Shown here piece by piece: positions 62,817 to 64,000 of a stretch of DNA of 64,000 bases. The notes under the pieces are model-generated. The model was not told where the DNA came from, made no database searches, and was given only the letters and a program-made list of their open reading frames with translations. The position numbers and the translations under genes are program-made. This stretch comes from Massalongia carnosa (taxonomy: Eukaryota): positions 186,001 to 250,000 of the forward strand of contig OZ287086.1 of the NCBI GenBank assembly GCA_965645245.1, written 5' to 3'. Numbering within the stretch: the stretch's first letter is position 1; each line of letters opens with the position of its first letter.

Positions 62817-64000
62817 TTACACACTCTTATTATGATGATTACCTTTACACTCCTTCTCCGACTTGATCTCATATCGACGACATATTCCCTGTGGCAATCC
62901 ACAATGATAACAACACGAATATCGCTCGTATCGAATCTTCGATGCAATTTGCTTCTCTAATTCTTGCATCGTCGAAACCTCGTCCGAAACGCATTGTGTT
63001 AACGAATGACTCGTCACTCGCATGTCATCCGTCGTCTCGATCGACTCACATGCCGGGCATCGATGCTGCCAAAATTGCAAATGTCGCGTGAATCTTTCAA
63101 TTTCCGTTCTTTCTTGACTACTCTGCATTGTTTGACGCTCTCGTAATCCTCGACGTGCTCGTTGTTGCTCCTCGAATTCTCATGACGATGGTGAATCCTT
63201 CGGGGAACTGCCTGCCATACTTTCATGACCTTCGTCCGCTTCTTCCTCTCGTCTTCGATTCTGCATGTCATGACATCGTTGACATGACTCTTCATTCGTT
63301 TCGCATCCCTTGCGGTCTTGACGTCCATCCATATATTCATCCAATATGACCCGTTGACATTCCTGTTGTTTCGTCGCCATGATAAACCGTTTCATGGTCT
63401 GCCTGGATTCGCTGTCCGGAGACATCTCGCTCGGTGGCTGCGCCTCCGATCGAATCATGATGAAAACTTCGCTGATGTCGCCGTCTCGTCCCGCCCGTCC
63501 GCTTTCTTGCGCATATTCTTCTATACTGCGCGGGACATTCATGTGCACCACCACCCGAATGTCCGATAAATCAATCCCCATCCCAAACGCGCTGGTTGCC
63601 ACCATCACCCAACGGGTCCCCTGCATCAACCCCTGAAATATCTCGTCCTTGTCCGTCGCATGATGATAATATGCGCCGCAATCCAATGCCTGCGCCAACC
63701 GCTGCACTTTCGACACCGTGTTGGCGTACACAATCATCTTTTCGCTCGCTCGGCTCCGCAACATCTCCGTCAAAAAATTCGATTTGTTGCCTGCCGCTGT
63801 TCATCCCCCGCACGATGCGATAACGGATGTTGGCGCGACTCGTGCCGCTGCGAAAAATTCGCACCTCGTCGCGTACGAATCCCATCCGACGACACAATTC
63901 CATCTTCTGCCGGGGCGGCAACGTCGCCGTCAACAATATCATCTGCGTTTCTGCCCCGATTAATCGCCCTAATTGCTGCAATTGCGGTCGGAAATCCCAT
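62817..64000 (-). pseudogene. C-terminal half of a RecQ-like (telomere-linked type) helicase, frameshifted; 5' part lies outside the window
   Basis: LLTATLPP, VATSAFGMGID and YAQESGRAGRDG motifs; Cys-rich C-terminus (CPAC, CCYHCGLPQGIC); frameshifts near 63775 and 63180. Confidence 0.88.

Overview
This is eukaryotic DNA from a filamentous ascomycete (short GT-AG introns with CTRAC branch points, CpA->TpA RIP-like mutations). Most of the window is a deeply nested transposon field, whose insertion order can often be read from target-site duplications (TSDs). Retroelements: two Ty3/Gypsy chromoviruses (one 5'-truncated by the window edge; one with apparently identical 1030-bp LTRs but no integrase core), one full-length Ty1/Copia, two 571-bp TRIMs, many solo LTRs from about eight families and three Tad1-like LINE copies. 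DNA elements: pogo/Fot1, MULE, hAT with MITEs, and piggyBac relics. Apparently intact host genes: a truncated-kinase/IFI27-like fusion, an SRPK-like kinase and an alpha-glucoside MFS permease. Broken genes: a Kelch membrane protein split by a Fot1 insertion, a dynamin fragment and a telomere-linked-type RecQ helicase. The most unusual signals are (i) a Copia bounded by CTTTG...CAAAG instead of TG...CA, (ii) a non-coding TRIM with a Tf1-type self-priming site and a tRNA-like A-box/B-box/T5 Pol III cassette across its U5-PBS junction, and (iii) the pseudokinase-IFI27-like gene beside an Mx-like dynamin relic. All calls were read by eye; no database searches were run.
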